Shown: positions 11,967 through 25,010, counted from the stretch's first letter. The stretch is 64,000 bases of DNA from an uncultured Alphaproteobacteria bacterium (GCA_944392235.1 CALXVZ010000003.1:46788-110787), one strand, 5' to 3'. Made by a program: numbers and translations. The notes: a model not told the origin generated them from the letters alone.

Positions 11967-12938
11967 ATGATTAAAGAAAATAGTAAAGTTTTTTATACAC
12001 ATCCTGTTTCTGATATTCAGCGTATTGATAAATTTATTGCAGCTCAAATTCCTGAATTATCTCGCTCTCAAATTCAAAGACTTATTGAGCAAGGATGCGT
12101 GTTTACTGATGATGAAACTGTTATTGATAAAAATTGCAAAACAAGATTAGGTGATGTTTATCAAATTGTTATTCCTGAACCTTCTGAAGCAAAACCTCTT
12201 CCTGAAAATATTTCTCTAGACATTTTATTTGAAGATGACGACTTAATTGTTATTAATAAACCTGCTGGTATGACTGTCCATCCCGCTGCTGGAGTTCATT
12301 CTGGCACTCTTGTAAATGCCTTACTCTACCATTGCAAAGACTCTCTATCAGGTATTGGCGGTGTTGCTCGCCCAGGAATTGTCCACAGAATTGACAGAAA
12401 TACTAGTGGTATTCTTGTTATTGCTAAAAACGATTTTGCTCATAGGGCACTCGCTGAACAGTTCTACAATCATTCTATTGAACGGACTTATTATGCTGTT
12501 GTTTACAGCTCTCCCTCCCCTTTAGAGGGAACAATATCAGGTAATATTGCGAGAAGTCCTTATGATAGAAAAAAAATGGCTATTGTTAATATAGGTGGAA
12601 AATATGCTGTTACTCATTATAAAACTATAGAACAATATGCTAATGGGGTTATTTCTTTAGTAAAATGCAACCTTGAAACAGGACGAACTCATCAAATACG
12701 TGTTCATCTCTCTTCTATTGGTTGTAACTTAGTTGGTGATGATGTTTATGTAAAATCTAAAAAAACCATGGTTAAGCTTCCCAATGAGGCCAAACTTTTT
12801 GTAAATAACTTTCCGCGTCAGGCTCTCCATGCCGCTTCTTTGGGGTTTGTTCATCCGCGTTCCTCCCAATTTTTATCATTTAATGCAGATTTCCCTGAAG
12901 ATATGCAAGAACTTATCTCTATATTGAGAAAACTTTGA
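11967..12938 (+). CDS. rluD: 23S rRNA pseudouridine synthase, RluA/RluD family
   Basis: S4 domain, NKPAGMTVHP, GIVHRIDRNTSG catalytic motif, LETGRTHQIRVH, RQALHA. Confidence 0.93.
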   Translation: MIKENSKVFYTHPVSDIQRIDKFIAAQIPELSRSQIQRLIEQGCVFTDDETVIDKNCKTRLGDVYQIVIPEPSEAKPLPENISLDILFEDDDLIVINKPAGMTVHPAAGVHSGTLVNALLYHCKDSLSGIGGVARPGIVHRIDRNTSGILVIAKNDFAHRALAEQFYNHSIERTYYAVVYSSPSPLEGTISGNIARSPYDRKKMAIVNIGGKYAVTHYKTIEQYANGVISLVKCNLETGRTHQIRVHLSSIGCNLVGDDVYVKSKKTMVKLPNEAKLFVNNFPRQALHAASLGFVHPRSSQFLSFNADFPEDMQELISILRKL

Positions 12939-13060
12939 TTTGTAGATTTTAGTTATATTTGTTATTACTTTTATTTGGTTTTTATTAAAACTATTGTCTA
13001 GGTTGTGGAAAATTTTTTGTTATAATATTCTCTCCTTAGTCAACTTTTAGGAGAAGAATT

Positions 13061-13936
13061 ATGGAAAAACAACTTACTCTAAATGGACTTGACTTTTCAC
13101 CTGAGGAAAATTTATCTCGTTATTTACAATCTATAAAAAAATTTCCTCTTCTTTCTTTTGATGAAGAATATAGTTTAGCTTTGAAATATCAATCTACAAA
13201 AGATAAAGAAATAGCTTATAAGCTTATTACTTCTCATTTGAGACTTGTTGTTAAAGTTGTTGTAAAGTATCGTGGATATGGATTGCCTATTGGCGAAATG
13301 ATTTCTGAAGGTAATATTGGCTTAATGTATGCTATTGATAAGTTTGAACCGGAAAAAGGATTTAGATTTTCAACTTATGCCCTCTGGTGGATTAAGGCTT
13401 CTATTCAAAAATATATTCTGAATTCTTGGTCTCTGGTTAAACTGGGAACGACTGCTGCTCAGAAAAAACTTTTCTTTAATCTTCGAAAAATAAAAAATAA
13501 ATTAAATCTTATTGATGATAGAGAACTTTCTCAAAATGTGCTTACTGATATTGCTAAATCTCTTGATGTAAGTGTTCAAGATGTCTCTGATATGAATATG
13601 AGATTGAAATCTCATGATGGATCTCTTAATGCAATTATTGATAGTGATTCAGATGGTGCTACTGAGTGGATGGATTTTATTTCGGATTCTAAACCTAGTC
13701 AAGAAGAGTGCCTTGCTCATGCTGAAATCATGAAATATAGAAAACAGATGTTTTATAAAGCTCTTTATGTTTTAAATAAACGAGAAAAGGATATTTTATT
13801 TAAACGTAGACTTTATGAAAAAACTATCACTCTTGATGATTTAAGTAAAACTTATAATATTTCTAAGGAACGTGTGCGGCAAATAGAACTTAATTCTATA
13901 AAAAAAATTACAAAAGCTATAGAACTTATGCAATAG
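13061..13936 (+). CDS. rpoH: RNA polymerase sigma-32 factor
   Basis: RpoH box QKKLFFNLR, region 2 (HLRLVVK, FSTYALWWIKASIQ), region 4 SKERVRQIE; directly downstream of rluD. Confidence 0.93.
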   Translation: MEKQLTLNGLDFSPEENLSRYLQSIKKFPLLSFDEEYSLALKYQSTKDKEIAYKLITSHLRLVVKVVVKYRGYGLPIGEMISEGNIGLMYAIDKFEPEKGFRFSTYALWWIKASIQKYILNSWSLVKLGTTAAQKKLFFNLRKIKNKLNLIDDRELSQNVLTDIAKSLDVSVQDVSDMNMRLKSHDGSLNAIIDSDSDGATEWMDFISDSKPSQEECLAHAEIMKYRKQMFYKALYVLNKREKDILFKRRLYEKTITLDDLSKTYNISKERVRQIELNSIKKITKAIELMQ

Positions 13937-13988
13937 GTCTTCATCTTTATTTATAGCTTTGATATTTAAAAATATTGTCCTAAAGTAT

Positions 13989-14045
13989 GACTTCTTTATT
14001 ATTAGTTTTTGAATATTGTTCAAAATTCTTAATTCTAAAGAAGTC
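13989..14045. other. Long imperfect hairpin between the convergent rpoH and lipoprotein genes (possible terminator or stability element)
   Basis: Outer arms GACTTCTTTA/TAAAGAAGTC; inner arms TTTTGAA/TTCAAAA. Confidence 0.4.
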
Positions 14046-14119
14046 TGTCTATTTTATTCTGTGTTATACGTCATACTTTGTTATATAGAACCTATAAATA
14101 TTTATGGTGCTATATTTTA

Positions 14120-14572
14120 TCAAGGATAGGTGCTATCTAAAGGGGCATCTTGATTAACGCTTTGCGGTTTGTATATAAATAAATTTGTCGTTCCAGGTAT
14201 ATCTGTTGTCCTTTCAACATATCCTTTTTTTAACATGCATTTCTGGTATTTTCTCGGACTTGCGTCAGTATCATCTCTAACAGAATTTACCAATATAGGC
14301 ATAGCTCCAGGATATGGAACAAAACTTGCCCATATGCCATGCTCTTTATGCCATTTTACAACAATATTATACCTCTGCTCTTCTGTATAAAACCAACTTC
14401 TAAAATTTGGCATCAATTTTAGGGCTTCTGCTTCTCTCATACATTCTGAGTGATCTCTTGCAAACTTTATTCCTCCGGTATTATATCTATCCCAATGGAA
14501 AACAACTTGTCCTTTCGTTGTAGTGCAGGATGTTATTATCATTAGTATTAGTATTATATAAAACCGTTTCAT
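14120..14572 (-). CDS. Lipoprotein of unknown function
   Basis: Signal peptide with lipobox-like ITSC; F..D..EC...A ... Y..CM..KGY pattern. Confidence 0.75.
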   Translation of the reverse strand: MKRFYIILILMIITSCTTTKGQVVFHWDRYNTGGIKFARDHSECMREAEALKLMPNFRSWFYTEEQRYNIVVKWHKEHGIWASFVPYPGAMPILVNSVRDDTDASPRKYQKCMLKKGYVERTTDIPGTTNLFIYKPQSVNQDAPLDSTYP

Positions 14573-14574
14573 CT

Positions 14575-15240
14575 TTAAAAATCCAAATTTGTATAATTTT
14601 TTGAAGGAATTATCCCTCTTATATTGTCCTTTAATATTTCTTTGAAACTTGGTCTTGATTTTATTTTAGCATACCAAATTTTTGCATTGGGATATTCTGA
14701 CCATGGGATATCTCCTAAATAATCAACTATTGATAAATGGGCTGCGGCGGTTAAGTCTGCTAAACTAAGATCCTTTCCTGTTATATAATTATCTCTATCT
14801 GCCAAATAATCAATATATTCCATATGATATCTCAAATTATTCAGACCCGCTTTTAAAACCTTTGAGTTAGGAGCTTGTTTATACTGAAAGCGTTTTACTA
14901 TTTTTTCAATGACAATATACTTATAAACTTCATTATAAAATTTTACATCAAACCAATCCATAACGCGTCGAACTTCTGCTTTCTGAATTAGATCTTCCGG
15001 TAATAATTTATATTGAGGATTACTCTCTTCCAAATATTCCGTTATTGCATAATTTCCTGATATTACTTTTCCATCGAAAATCAAGATAGGTAGATCTCCA
15101 GACGGATTTATCTCAGATATCTCTTGCGATAAATTCCAAGGCTCTTCTTCCTTTAATACAAAAAGCATCTTTTTTTCCGCCATTATTAATCTTATTTTTC
15201 TTGATTGAGGGGATATACTATGATGAACTAATAAAACCAT
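14575..15240 (-). CDS. fzlA: FtsZ-binding GST-fold protein FzlA
   Basis: SPQSRKIRL..AEK, EEPW, AEVRR..DWFD.KF, SLADLTAAAHLS..DYLGDIPW, KSRPSF, C-terminal Y.NLDF. Confidence 0.82.
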   Translation of the reverse strand: MVLLVHHSISPQSRKIRLIMAEKKMLFVLKEEEPWNLSQEISEINPSGDLPILIFDGKVISGNYAITEYLEESNPQYKLLPEDLIQKAEVRRVMDWFDVKFYNEVYKYIVIEKIVKRFQYKQAPNSKVLKAGLNNLRYHMEYIDYLADRDNYITGKDLSLADLTAAAHLSIVDYLGDIPWSEYPNAKIWYAKIKSRPSFKEILKDNIRGIIPSKNYTNLDF

Positions 15241-15299
15241 ATTTTTTGTTTCTCCAATTTTCCGCTATTTTATCGTTCCTTTTTTGCTTTTTCAAGCTT

Positions 15300-16226
15300 T
15301 TATTCCTTACTCTCTAAAGTATTATTTGTTTCTTTGTTTTGATTGATGTATGTTGGTGGAACAATTCCTTTTGTATTTTCTCTGTATATTTCAATTAGCT
15401 CTTGAAATGCTTTATCTCTGATTGTTTTATATCTTTCACTTTTTAAATATTTTTTCAAATTATTTACCCTTTCTTGTTGCGCTACTGATGACTTAATGCG
15501 GATAAACATTGGCATTTTCCATACTGGATTTTTACTGTATGCTACATAGTCTCTTATTCCTAGTTTATATAGCTCTATTTGACTTTTATGATAACTTGCA
15601 ACAATAAAATCAACTTTTCCTGTTAATAGTTCTTTATATCCTTCTGGAAAATTACTTATTCCTCTTATTCCTAGATCTTCCATATTTTTCTTCACAAATT
15701 TTGATATATAATCTTCCTCTATATATACTCCTTGATATTTCCTTAAATCTTCTTTTTGTGAAACTAATAAGTTTTTATCTGTCGTCGTTATTAAGTAAAT
15801 TTCATTTTCAAAAATTGCTGGATATAAATACTCGTTTTTAGAATATGGAATATTTTCATAATATGTTGCAATTATTCCATCTACAACTGTTGTTCCTGTT
15901 TCTATTTGCTTTTCAAATTTTTGTTCATAAAGTTTATATCCGCCATATGGGATTTTTATATTTATTGCGATATGTTCCTTGTTTGCTATATCTTCAAAAA
16001 TTTTAGAAAATATTGATCCTTGTTCTACTGATGACCATGGAAAATTATTTTCAGGACCTATTAATTCTATTTGAAATAGATCAGGCCAATCATATAAATG
16101 TTTTACATATCTTGGAATGCTATACCCATATTCCTCTTTCCCTATCATTCTTATTGAATCATATGCATAACTTGGGCTAAAGTATATTAATGATAATAAT
16201 ACTGCACATATTATTTTTTTTCTCAT
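15300..16226 (-). CDS. Periplasmic substrate-binding protein (type 2 / family 3-like), orphan
   Basis: Signal peptide; FPW, EDLRKYQGV, ELLTGKVDFIV motifs. Confidence 0.6.
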   Translation of the reverse strand: MRKKIICAVLLSLIYFSPSYAYDSIRMIGKEEYGYSIPRYVKHLYDWPDLFQIELIGPENNFPWSSVEQGSIFSKIFEDIANKEHIAINIKIPYGGYKLYEQKFEKQIETGTTVVDGIIATYYENIPYSKNEYLYPAIFENEIYLITTTDKNLLVSQKEDLRKYQGVYIEEDYISKFVKKNMEDLGIRGISNFPEGYKELLTGKVDFIVASYHKSQIELYKLGIRDYVAYSKNPVWKMPMFIRIKSSVAQQERVNNLKKYLKSERYKTIRDKAFQELIEIYRENTKGIVPPTYINQNKETNNTLESKE

Positions 16227-16346
16227 TTTTCCCCCACAGCTTTAAAAGAATCTTTGAATGTTTTAAGTATAGTGTTATAGTGTTAAAAAATAATTTATTC
16301 ATTTTATCTTTTTTTTATTGTAACTCTATGTAATTAAAAAATAGGT

Positions 16347-17155
16347 GTGTTGTCGTTGAATAATGATTCTTTGTTAATTTATAATAGTTTGTTTCTTGAT
16401 TCTTCCATTCAACAGAATATTTCTATCTTGATTTCTGGTGCAGAAAGAATTGGTTCTTCTTGGTGCTCTCTTTCTTTGGCTCATGCTCTTAATTTAGAAA
16501 AAAAAAGAATCCTTTTGGTTGATGGAAATGGTAAATTTTCTAATATTTCATCTTATATTTTACTAAACACACCCCCTGATCTTAGCGAATATTTTAGCGG
16601 AAATAAAACATTGGCGCAACTTATTATTCAATATAGATATAGAAATTTTCATATTATCACGGCTGAGCAAGGTAGTAATTATTTGTCTTATCTTCCTTTG
16701 GGGAGAATCCAAATTTTTGCAAATGATTTAAAAATACTTGCTCAAAATTATGATCATGTCTTTATTGATATTGGAACGGAATTAAATGAAAAAAATTTAA
16801 GTCTTTGCCAAATCGCTAATAATGTTTTAATTTTATCTTCCGAAAACAATGAGGATTTAATTAAAACTTTTGATTTAATTAAATTCTTAAATTCTATTGA
16901 TTTTAACGCTAATTATGGTTTAATAATTAATAAGGTGAATTCTTTTGAGGATGGGTATAAAATTTATGAAAAACTTTGCAAAGCTTCTGATCGGATTTTT
17001 TTGAAATGTCCTGATTTATTAGGTATTGTTCGTGTTGATACTAGAATTCGCGACACTATCCGTAATAAAGAACTTTTGCTAACTCGTTATCCTTCTTCAG
17101 AAGCTGCTTTAGATATTTGTCAAATTGCTCAAAAACTCTCTCAAGGAAACTTAAA

Positions 17156-17159
<4 letters not shown>
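16347..17159 (+). CDS. FlhG/MinD-like protein with degenerate Walker A
   Basis: SGAERIGSSWCSLSLAHAL (cf. SGKGGVGKTW..TLAHAL), RILLVDG, YDHVFIDIG, C-terminal VRVDTRIRDTIRNKELLLTRYPSSEAA. Confidence 0.75.
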
Positions 17160-19445
<2,286 letters not shown>

Positions 19446-19470
19446 TTTTATTAAATGAGGAGATTGGGTT

Positions 19471-20412
19471 ATGCCTAATAAAAAAAATGATGATTTACTT
19501 TCCGCCTTTTTAAAAGAAAATAAAAAAGATGGTATTCGAGTCTTTGTTGCTGGTGGTTCTCGCGGTGGTCATAACCCTGTTTATGTTAAAGAAGCATATG
19601 CTCTTGGAAAAAAAATTGTTGAAATGGGTTTTAAATTAGATTTTGGCTTGTCTAATGCTGGAATTATGGGAGCTGTTGCAAGAGGCGTTATGGATGCTTG
19701 GAATGAAAAACAGCACTCTATATCTCCTGATTTTCCCATTCAAGGTATTACAACGGAAGAGTATTATAAACTTTATGATTCTGATGATGAAATGCTCAAG
19801 CATATTAATGTTATTTTTGCTAAAACTCTTGAAGAAAGAAAAAGACGTTTATTAAATGCTGATTTTGTTGTTTTTACTCCCGGCGGTGTTGGAACTCTTG
19901 ATGAACTTGCTTATGATTGTGTTGCTATGCAAGATGGACTTCTTCAAAAGAAACCTTTTATACTTTATAATATTTGTGGTTTTTTCCATCATCTTCTAGA
20001 ATATTTAAAAGCTATTTCTAATAAAGGCTTTTCTGATCCCGTTCCTTTTGTTGTCGTTGATAATGATTTTGAACTTGAAGTTGCTTTTAGTTTATTAAAA
20101 AACCGCTATTGCCAAGGCAAAAGTGATGTAGGTGTTTATGATAATACTCGGCAACTTGTTTACGAACTTCCTTATTTTATTCAGCAGAAACAAAAAACAG
20201 GAAAGGAAGTTTTAGATATTATTCGTGAAGTTTGCAGTATCAGAGGGCTTGGTAATGATGAAGAAAAAGCGACTCTTGATAATGATATTGAAACGGCTTA
20301 TTTAGAAAAAGAAATTGAAAGAATGTATGATAGATTAGCTAAAACAGGAAGAGATACTTCTGTTGTTAGCTATAAATTATCTAGACTGAAAAGAAGACAA
20401 GGAAAACTTTAA
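19471..20412 (+). CDS. LOG-family nucleotide phosphoribohydrolase with a ~100-aa C-terminal extension
   Basis: GIMGAVARG, ERK, PGGVGTLDEL, KPFILYN..GFF..L. Confidence 0.85.
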   Translation: MPNKKNDDLLSAFLKENKKDGIRVFVAGGSRGGHNPVYVKEAYALGKKIVEMGFKLDFGLSNAGIMGAVARGVMDAWNEKQHSISPDFPIQGITTEEYYKLYDSDDEMLKHINVIFAKTLEERKRRLLNADFVVFTPGGVGTLDELAYDCVAMQDGLLQKKPFILYNICGFFHHLLEYLKAISNKGFSDPVPFVVVDNDFELEVAFSLLKNRYCQGKSDVGVYDNTRQLVYELPYFIQQKQKTGKEVLDIIREVCSIRGLGNDEEKATLDNDIETAYLEKEIERMYDRLAKTGRDTSVVSYKLSRLKRRQGKL

Positions 20413-20437
20413 TATCTCTTTCTATTGTTAAATTTTA

Positions 20438-22114
20438 TTAGAACAATGATGCATCTTTATTGACTAAGACTTGGGCGGCGGCTCTTGCCTCTTTTGTTAT
20501 TTTTTCCCCAGCAAGCATTCTGGCTATTTCTTCTATTTTCCCTCTTGCATCTAATTGTTTTAGACTTGTTGTCGTTTTATTATTTTCGGTATGCTTTTCT
20601 ACTTTGAAATGCTCATTGCTAAAAGCAGCTACTTGTGGAGAGTGCGTTACGACTAAAACTTGAACTTTTTTCCCTAGTCGAGATAAACGTTCTCCTACTG
20701 CTTCTGCTGTCGCACCACCAATTCCTGTATCTATTTCATCAAAAATAAGTGTTTCTTGGCTTGATTCTTGGGCTAAATTAACTTTCAATGCTAGCATAAA
20801 ACGAGATAACTCGCCTCCAGATGCTATTTTATTTAAAGCTCCCATTGGGGTATTAGGATTTGTTGAAACTTCAAAACAAACAGTATCCCAACCTTTTTCT
20901 GACCATTGGCTTTCATCTTTTGATACTATCTTGGTCTTAAAAACTGCTTTTTCCATTTTTAGCGGAGGTAGTTCCTTCATTATGTTTTTATCCAGCTTTT
21001 GCGCTGCTTCCTGTCTTTTTTCACTTAGTTTTTGTGCTTCTTCTCTATATTTTTCTTCAAATATCTTAACTTCTTTCCTCAATTCTCTAAGACTATCTTC
21101 ACCATATTGCAAATTTTTTAATTCTTTTGATAATTCTTCTAATTTCTCAGGTAATAAGTCTATATCTGTTTGATGCTTTTTAGCAATGCTCCGCAAGGTA
21201 AAAAGTCGTGTTTCAATTTCATCAATCTCGTTTTGATTTAAGTTTATATCTGCTGAATTTGCTTCAATTCTTTCCACCGCGTCATTTAAGCTATATAGTG
21301 CTGTTTCTATATTTTGTTCTATATCTGCATATTTGCCATTTACGATTTCATTAGCTCTGGAAATTGCATTTTGTGCCTTGGAAATTTGTTCTAATACAGA
21401 ATTTCCCCCATTTAGATATGAATATGCTTGATTTAATTTTTCAATAATCTTTTCAGCATTCATTAATTCACTTCTTCTATTACGTAACTGCTCTTCTTCA
21501 CCTTTTTGCGGTGCCAACTTTTCCAGTTCTTGAACCCAATGTCTTAAATTTTCTTCTTCCTCTTTTGCTTTGCTTAATGCATTTTCTTTCTCTTTAAGAC
21601 GTTTAGATGCTATTTTATAATTTATAAAGGCCTCTTTTGTTGATGTTAATTCTTTTTCATATTTTCCATAATTGTCTAATATATCACAATGAGTTGCAGG
21701 ATTTAGCAATCCTTGATTATCATGTTGTCCATGTATTTCTATTAGATATTGGCTTAATTCCTTTAGTAATTTTAAAGTGATGATTTGATCATTAAAAAGA
21801 ATCTTCCCTTTGCCTTCAGATGTTATTGTTCTCTTTATGATTATTTCGCCATCTATATCTAAATCGTAGTCTTTTGCTACTTCATATAATTTATTATTTT
21901 TTTGAACCTCAAATACACCTGTAACAGATAGTTTGTCTGCACCAATGCGGACCATTGATGCCTCGGAGCGATTTCCTAGTAGCAACCCAAGTGAATCTAA
22001 TAATATTGATTTTCCGGCTCCAGTTTCACCACTCAAAACCGTTAATCCTTCTTTAAAATCTATATCTAAACTATCGATTAATACAACGTTTCTTATTGAT
22101 AAGGTTTTGAGCAT
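20438..22114 (-). CDS. recN: DNA repair protein RecN
   Basis: SGETGAGKS, IHGQHD, ASGGELSRFMLALK, LIFDEIDTG, VTHSPQVA. Confidence 0.97.
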   Translation of the reverse strand: MLKTLSIRNVVLIDSLDIDFKEGLTVLSGETGAGKSILLDSLGLLLGNRSEASMVRIGADKLSVTGVFEVQKNNKLYEVAKDYDLDIDGEIIIKRTITSEGKGKILFNDQIITLKLLKELSQYLIEIHGQHDNQGLLNPATHCDILDNYGKYEKELTSTKEAFINYKIASKRLKEKENALSKAKEEEENLRHWVQELEKLAPQKGEEEQLRNRRSELMNAEKIIEKLNQAYSYLNGGNSVLEQISKAQNAISRANEIVNGKYADIEQNIETALYSLNDAVERIEANSADINLNQNEIDEIETRLFTLRSIAKKHQTDIDLLPEKLEELSKELKNLQYGEDSLRELRKEVKIFEEKYREEAQKLSEKRQEAAQKLDKNIMKELPPLKMEKAVFKTKIVSKDESQWSEKGWDTVCFEVSTNPNTPMGALNKIASGGELSRFMLALKVNLAQESSQETLIFDEIDTGIGGATAEAVGERLSRLGKKVQVLVVTHSPQVAAFSNEHFKVEKHTENNKTTTSLKQLDARGKIEEIARMLAGEKITKEARAAAQVLVNKDASLF

Positions 22115-22123
22115 AACTGAACT

Positions 22124-22873
22124 TTAGTCCTTTGCTATTAGTTGTGAAGCTCTCTTTGACCATTTGCTATCAGGATAATTGTTACGAAGTATTTTTTCTT
22201 TCTTTATTGCTTCGTTATCTAATCCTAATAGTGTATAAATTTCAACTTCTCTATATAAGGCTTCCTCTATTTGACTTGTTGTCTGATATACATCTGTTAC
22301 TGTTGAAAAACGATTAAGTGCTGAGATATATTCTTTATTCTCTAAGTAATATCTACCAACGCTCATTTCATGTCCGGCTAAATGGTCTTCAATTAATGAC
22401 ATTTTGGCTTGTGCATCTTTTGCATATTCGCTATTTGGAAACATTGCTATAACTTGAGAAAATGTTTCATATGCATCTTTTGTTGCCGATTGCTCTTTTT
22501 CTGATGGGGCTATTTGATCATAATAACATACACCTTTTAGATAAAAAGCATATGCTACATCTTTATTTCCTGGATGGAGGCGAATATATCTGTCTAATGC
22601 TGCTATCGCGTCATCATATTTTTCATCTTTATAATATGAATATGCACTCATTAATTTTGATTTTGTTGCCCATTTTGAATAAGGGTGCTCCATTTCTACT
22701 TTATCAAACGTTTCTGCGGCCTTTTGATAAGAGGTCTTATTTAAGTAATCATATGCCTCATTATATAGTGTTTCTGCACTTTTTTCATCATCACTAATAG
22801 GTTCTTCTGTTGTAGCACACCCCCCCAGAAACATCAGACTTACTATCGGCAAAATATACAGTATCTTTTTCAT
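22124..22873 (-). CDS. bamD: Outer membrane protein assembly factor BamD
   Basis: Lipobox LGGC, TPRs, HPYSKWA, LAGHEMSVGRYY; located between lpxC and recN. Confidence 0.93.
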   Translation of the reverse strand: MKKILYILPIVSLMFLGGCATTEEPISDDEKSAETLYNEAYDYLNKTSYQKAAETFDKVEMEHPYSKWATKSKLMSAYSYYKDEKYDDAIAALDRYIRLHPGNKDVAYAFYLKGVCYYDQIAPSEKEQSATKDAYETFSQVIAMFPNSEYAKDAQAKMSLIEDHLAGHEMSVGRYYLENKEYISALNRFSTVTDVYQTTSQIEEALYREVEIYTLLGLDNEAIKKEKILRNNYPDSKWSKRASQLIAKD

Positions 22874-22884
22874 TTTTCCCTCTC

Positions 22885-23739
22885 TTATAAAATATCATAA
22901 TTATCTTCTGATGAAAATAGCCGCTTTAATATTTCATTATTATGGTAGTGACCACTTTTATTTGCAATCACTTTTCCTAAGATATAGTATCCTGATGTAT
23001 ATAAATCACCTATCGTATCCATAACTTTGTGATTTACACACTCATTCTGAAGGCGAAACCCTCCAGGATTTAATATATTTTCCCCATCTAATACAACCGC
23101 ATTATCTAATGATCCGCCTTTTATTAGGCCTATAGATTGCAAATAGTCTACTTGATATTTTTCACAAAATGTCCGACATGGAGCAATTTGTGATGCATAA
23201 ATATCTCTTGTTATGTCTTTATCAAAATTTTGATGTCCAACTATTTTTGATGGAAACTCTATATCGAAACAGATATGCAATTTTTCTGCAGGTTGTAAAA
23301 CTACACTTCCTCCTTTTCCATCATTGAAGACTATTTCTTTTTTTACTTGCAAATACTTCCTTTGAGTTTTTTGCTGTTTTAACTCTTTTTCTTGTAAAAT
23401 TTTTAAAAATTCTAAACCACTTCCATCTAAAATTGGTATCTCTGGATTATTAATCTTTATATGAGCATTATCTATACCCAATATATATAAAACAGACATT
23501 ATGTGTTCTATTGTGCTTACATAGTTTTCCTTATTTGTTCCAACGCAAGTACAGTTGCGTGTATCTAGCACTCTATTATATAATGCGGGAATTATCTCTG
23601 CCAATTTTATATCTGTTCTTTCAAAGCAGATTCCATAGTTTTCTTCTGCTGGTTCGATTTCCATCAAACAACTACATCCTGAATGCAGTCCTATTCCTTT
23701 TATTTCAACTTTTTCTTTTAATGTTTGTTGATTTTCCAT
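22885..23739 (-). CDS. lpxC: UDP-3-O-acyl-GlcNAc deacetylase
   Basis: GIGLHSG, STIEH, EIPILDGS, GGSLDNA, HKVMDTIGDL, SGH. Confidence 0.95.
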   Translation of the reverse strand: MENQQTLKEKVEIKGIGLHSGCSCLMEIEPAEENYGICFERTDIKLAEIIPALYNRVLDTRNCTCVGTNKENYVSTIEHIMSVLYILGIDNAHIKINNPEIPILDGSGLEFLKILQEKELKQQKTQRKYLQVKKEIVFNDGKGGSVVLQPAEKLHICFDIEFPSKIVGHQNFDKDITRDIYASQIAPCRTFCEKYQVDYLQSIGLIKGGSLDNAVVLDGENILNPGGFRLQNECVNHKVMDTIGDLYTSGYYILGKVIANKSGHYHNNEILKRLFSSEDNYDIL

Positions 23740-23760
23740 TTTTCCCCCTAAAAAAATTAC

Positions 23761-24142
23761 AGGTGGTCTATAAGCCGAGTTCTGTTCTTATCATTTGCTT
23801 TACTATTAAGTAAAGATTCTAAGTGATAGCTATTCATCTAGATCAAATGTCTCCATTTGATTCGAGCGACCTACCTCTGGAGCAGAGTGGAAACACTCCT
23901 TTTAGCGATTTATATCGTTCTCCTAATTTGGTCTTGCGTCAGATAGGGTTTACCTTGCCAAATGATATTGCTATCTTTGCGGTGAGCTCTTACCTCGCCT
24001 TTTCAACCTTACCAATTTATAATTGGCGGTAATTTTCTGTGGCACTTTCCCTTAGATTTCTCTAGCCGGACGTTATCCGGTATCTTGTTTCCATGACGCT
24101 CGGACTTTCCTCACTAATTTTAGCGCAGCTATCCAACCACCT
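23761..24142 (-). ncRNA. rnpB: RNase P RNA, bacterial type A
   Basis: Minus strand GAGGAAAGTCCGAG ... AGTGCCACAGAAAA ... GGTAAACCC ... ACAGAACTCGGCTTA; terminal helix AGGTGGT/ACCACCT. Confidence 0.95.
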
Positions 24143-24313
24143 TGTTTCTTTCTTTATCATGTTTTATTATAAAATCAATCTTTTTAGCATGTTTATTTGT
24201 TGCCTAATAAAAAAAATTTACTTTTTCTTAATTTTTTACTTGTTTTGTTTAAATTTTGTGCTATTTTGTCTACGAATCGATTTTAGGACTTTTTTTTATA
24301 TTGGAGCTTTTTT

Positions 24314-24928
24314 ATGACAATTAATAAAACTTTATTTTTTATTTTTCTCTTTACTTTCTCCATCTTTTCTGGCTTTGCAAAAGCTGAGTGTGATGGTTTT
24401 TATATTGCCGGACGTATTGGATATGCTAAATATGAAATAGAAGATGAGAGAAGTGGTGTTAGTAACAATGTTAATGATTATATTGTTGACAAAAAGAGAG
24501 TCTTAGCTAGTGGTGCTCTTGGTTATAGATATGAACACTTTAGAGCGGCTGTTGAATATACCTGGAGAAAGAAAAATAGTGGATTAGTTTCAGGCATTAC
24601 AGATGTTAAATTTAATTCTCAGTCTTATATGTTCGTTGTTTACTATGATTTCTTCCCTTATTCTTGGTTTACTCCATATGTCGATGCAGGTTTAGGTTGG
24701 AGCAGAAATAAATTATCTCTTAAAAATAATCTTAATGGAACCGGAAATAAAATTAACGAAACAAGTTTTACTTGGTCTCTTGGTGCAGGTATTTCTGCTA
24801 AAATTACAAATAGATGGAATCTTGATTTGGGTTATCGTTATTATGATATGGGTAGTTTGGAAGAATATAATGGCGATACAAGTGTTACTGATCAGGAAGT
24901 TTATCTTGGACTTAGATATGTCTTGTAA
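24314..24928 (+). CDS. Small 8-stranded outer-membrane beta-barrel protein (opacity/OmpA-TM-like)
   Basis: Signal peptide, GFYIAGRIG, FTPYVDAGLGW, LDLGYRY, terminal GLRYVL. Confidence 0.85.
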   Translation: MTINKTLFFIFLFTFSIFSGFAKAECDGFYIAGRIGYAKYEIEDERSGVSNNVNDYIVDKKRVLASGALGYRYEHFRAAVEYTWRKKNSGLVSGITDVKFNSQSYMFVVYYDFFPYSWFTPYVDAGLGWSRNKLSLKNNLNGTGNKINETSFTWSLGAGISAKITNRWNLDLGYRYYDMGSLEEYNGDTSVTDQEVYLGLRYVL

Positions 24929-25010
24929 TTTATAAAACCTTAAAAATTCTTGCATTATAATTTTGTTGGACTTACGCTATCTTCATATTAAAATTTATTT
25001 GGAGTAAAAA

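Noticed and set aside
23823-24317. ORFs 23823..24032 and 24093..24317
   Set aside because: They overlap rnpB on the opposite strand and its AT-rich promoter region
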